DNA from: Gemmatimonadota bacterium
Lineage (GTDB): Bacteria > Gemmatimonadota > Gemmatimonadetes > Palauibacterales > Palauibacteraceae
Assembly: GCA_039584255.1 (NCBI GenBank)
Contig: JBDGYE010000001.1
Coordinates: 4,228-68,227, forward strand
Direction: 5' to 3'
Length of the DNA: 64,000 nucleotides
Under the pieces are notes generated by a model that saw only the letters and a program-made list of their open reading frames with translations, was not told the DNA's origin and did not search any database. Below, piece by piece: positions 62,065-64,000 of the stretch; within the stretch, counting starts at the first letter, position 1, and every line of letters starts with the position of its first letter. Both the position numbers and the translations under genes were made by a program.

Positions 62065-62562
62065 TCAGAGTGGCAGGGCGTACCAGCGGTTGCACCCGAA
62101 ATGTCCGGTATCGCCCAACGGTGCCTCCAGGGGGCGGAAACCGAAGTCCTCGTAAAGCTTTCGCGCCCTGTCCATCTGCGCCAGCGTCTCCAGGTAGCAC
62201 ATTCGGTAGCCCCTCTCTCGCGCGGCGTCCAGGCAGATTTCGAGCAGACGCCTCCCCAGACCGAGGCCCCGCGCCTCCGGCAGCAGGTACATCTTACGGA
62301 GCTCGCACACGCCGGCGCCGGCGCCCTCCAGAGGCCCGATGCCGGAGCCGCCGACCAGGCGGCCGCCGACCTCCGCCACGACGTAGGCGGCGACCGGTTC
62401 GGGGTACGCCTCGAAGATGGCGTCGACCTCCGGATCCGCGATCGAGTACCCTTCGCCGACGGCCCCGAACTCGGTCATAACCTCGCGGATGATGCGTCCC
62501 AGCTCCTCGTTGTCGGCCGCCCTTACGGGTCGGATCCGCGCCGCCGGCTCAGCTTTCCTCAC
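62065..62562 (-). CDS. GNAT family N-acetyltransferase
   Basis: IRPVRAADNEELGRII... and the acetyl-CoA binding motif LLPEARGLGLGRRLLE...YLET...ARKLYEDFGF. The GTG start overlaps the upstream gene by 14 nt. Confidence 0.85.
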   Translation of the reverse strand: MRKAEPAARIRPVRAADNEELGRIIREVMTEFGAVGEGYSIADPEVDAIFEAYPEPVAAYVVAEVGGRLVGGSGIGPLEGAGAGVCELRKMYLLPEARGLGLGRRLLEICLDAARERGYRMCYLETLAQMDRARKLYEDFGFRPLEAPLGDTGHFGCNRWYALPL

Positions 62563-63706
62563 CCCGCCCTCCTCCGTCGTCCTCCACCCCGGTGACCCTG
62601 GCCTCTCCGGGGACGATGATCTTCGGCTCGCCGGCCAGCTTCCGCTTTTCGTCCTCGACGAACTCCTCGACCTCCCGAGGGACCAGGAGGTCGTCCGCTA
62701 TCGAAGCGATCTCCTCGGCGTTCCGCCACGCGGCCTCCAGCACCGCGAGCTCGCCCTCCATCGCCCTGCGCTCTGCCTCCTCGTGGGTCGCCATCTCGAT
62801 GGCCAGGCGAACGTCGCCGGGCAGCTTGGCCAGGGAGCCTGCCGTGGCCTTCTCCAGCTTCTTCGGATTCTCTCCGGCCTTCTCGCGCCGCAGGCGCTCC
62901 GATTCACGCGTAGCCTCGGCCAGGAAGCTCTCCGGGTGGCCGATATCCTCGATTCGCCGCACCGCCTGTTCGATCGTCTTCCTGCTGCCACCGGACCGGT
63001 TCGCTCTTGCCATCAGCTTGCCCGCGACCTCCATGGCCTCGTCGCCGCTGAACACCAGGGGCTCGCCGTGCCCGCTGGTAAAGCCGCTTCCCCAACCGCT
63101 GGCATGGCGGATGTGGAGCTCCCAGGCGCCGGAATCGCCTGTCGGAACGAACCGTGAGCGCTCCAGATGCTTCAGTTGGACCTTGATCTTCTCGCCGTCC
63201 TCGGTGCGGAGCCGAGCGGCGATCCGCTCGTTGGAGATCCACCGAATCAGCTGCGTGTAGCCGTACCATCCGCCGCCGATCGAGATTCCCGCGGCCGCGC
63301 CTCCCACGACAAGCAGGCCGATTCCCGCGGCGCCGGCAGTGCCGTACGCCATCGAGCGCCTCCGACGCCTGCCGAACTGATCTCCGTACCGCCAGGCGGC
63401 GAACTCTCCTCGCAGCGGCCTGCCGAGCCGCACCAGCTCAAGGCCTTCCGGAAGGCGGGCGAGGCCGATGTTGTCCGTGGACACACGCAGCCGCGTGTCC
63501 CGGAACAGCCGCTCGCACTCTTCGATCGCCTCCCACCGGGCCTCCAGCGGGGAGAGGTTCCAGCGCTCGCAGCGCCTGCAGACGACCCACAGCCGGCCCT
63601 TCGCCCCGTCGAAGGCGAGACGCCGGCCCACGGGGAAGGTCTCGACCACCTCGTTGGTGCCCAGCGGACGGTTGCAGAAGATGCAGGTCGAATACATGGC
63701 GTCCAA
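62549..63706 (-). CDS. Hypothetical protein: N-terminal CxxC...CxxC zinc-ribbon-like module, central Gly-rich TM segment, C-terminal charged helical region
   Basis: CIFCN(22)CRRCERW, then YGTAGAAGIGLLVVGGAAAGISIGGGWYGY, and a C-terminal E/R/K/A-rich region. No family was recognised. High GC3. Confidence 0.6.
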   Translation of the reverse strand: MDAMYSTCIFCNRPLGTNEVVETFPVGRRLAFDGAKGRLWVVCRRCERWNLSPLEARWEAIEECERLFRDTRLRVSTDNIGLARLPEGLELVRLGRPLRGEFAAWRYGDQFGRRRRRSMAYGTAGAAGIGLLVVGGAAAGISIGGGWYGYTQLIRWISNERIAARLRTEDGEKIKVQLKHLERSRFVPTGDSGAWELHIRHASGWGSGFTSGHGEPLVFSGDEAMEVAGKLMARANRSGGSRKTIEQAVRRIEDIGHPESFLAEATRESERLRREKAGENPKKLEKATAGSLAKLPGDVRLAIEMATHEEAERRAMEGELAVLEAAWRNAEEIASIADDLLVPREVEEFVEDEKRKLAGEPKIIVPGEARVTGVEDDGGGRGEES

Positions 63707-64000
63707 GCTAACGCAGAGTGGCTTACACCGGGACGATCTGGCGCGATCTCGGCCGGATCCGCCCGCCTCCTTCGCCGGCCCGATCGGACCCTGACCCGCT
63801 GCGTTGCGGCGGTCGCCTCCGATCTCCGGGCAACAGCGTGCGTTGCGGGCTCGCCAATCCGGCCGTTCCCGACCGTAACGGCACGGGCCTGGTGCCCCGT
63901 TCGTGGCACGGATGATGAACCCCTCTCTTCAGCTGTCCTCAAGCAAGAACCGGACGAAGAGAGGCTACCGTGAAGATGAGTTGGATGCTGTTGCCGGCGT

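Noticed and set aside
63970-64000. Possible gene start at the window edge (GTG AAG ATG AGT TGG ATG CTG TTG CCG GCG after AGAGAGG).
   Set aside because: Only ~10 codons are visible, which is insufficient to support a call.
1-64000. Search by eye for CRISPR arrays, rRNA/tRNA genes, IS elements, integrases and prophage genes.
   Set aside because: I saw no regularly spaced repeats, no tRNA-like cloverleaf candidates in intergenic regions longer than 150 bp, and no transposase, integrase or recombinase motifs in any frame. A tRNAscan/Infernal run would be needed to exclude small RNAs formally.

Overview
This is a GC-rich bacterial chromosomal window. Third codon positions are dominated by G/C, and long spurious shadow ORFs occur on the strand opposite nearly every real gene. 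About 65 genes are densely packed, many with 4-nt ATGA/GTGA/TTGA start-stop overlaps. The many signal-peptide proteins, beta-barrel outer-membrane proteins, a TolC-like factor and an OprO/P-type porin indicate a diderm organism. I cannot assign the taxon from sequence alone.

Core genes:
- guaA (3' fragment), single-chain purL, cardiolipin synthase, Fe/Mn superoxide dismutase and an M13 metallopeptidase.
- A TetR-OMF-MFP-RND efflux operon and a TetR plus MATE pair.
- An ECF sigma / anti-sigma / YbjQ operon and an MscS-family channel.

Exported scavenging functions are prominent: two formylglycine-type sulfatases, two paralogous MBL-fold hydrolases, PhoD, a membrane GDPD, a HAD phosphatase-like lipoprotein, a metallophosphoesterase and the porin.

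Four type II toxin-antitoxin modules lie within about 30 kb: Phd/YefM-VapC, RHH-VapC, HigB2/HigA2-like and BrnT/BrnA. No integrase, transposase, CRISPR array, tRNA or rRNA was seen.

Most noteworthy observations:
1. The HigBA-like cassette is flanked by ~73-bp direct repeats that duplicate the 3' end and terminator of the adjacent gene.
2. A 1027-aa exported protein carries PLD-type HKD/GSSN motifs in an unusual arrangement and sits in an operon with a beta-barrel OMP.
3. A 764-aa exported protein has three internal repeats and a long Y/W/G/R-rich tail, directly upstream of the phosphate porin.
4. A decayed outer-membrane gene abuts brnTA. Its C-terminal reading frame is absent from the ORF track, and brnTA has a near-consensus promoter implying a leaderless transcript.
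5. A duplicated MBL / DUF2490 / sulfatase neighbourhood includes a frameshifted DUF2490 copy.
6. A three-gene operon combines an OCD-like gene, a Cys/Thr-type proline-racemase-family gene and a SpeB-family gene.

All homology statements come from motif recognition by eye, not from searches.
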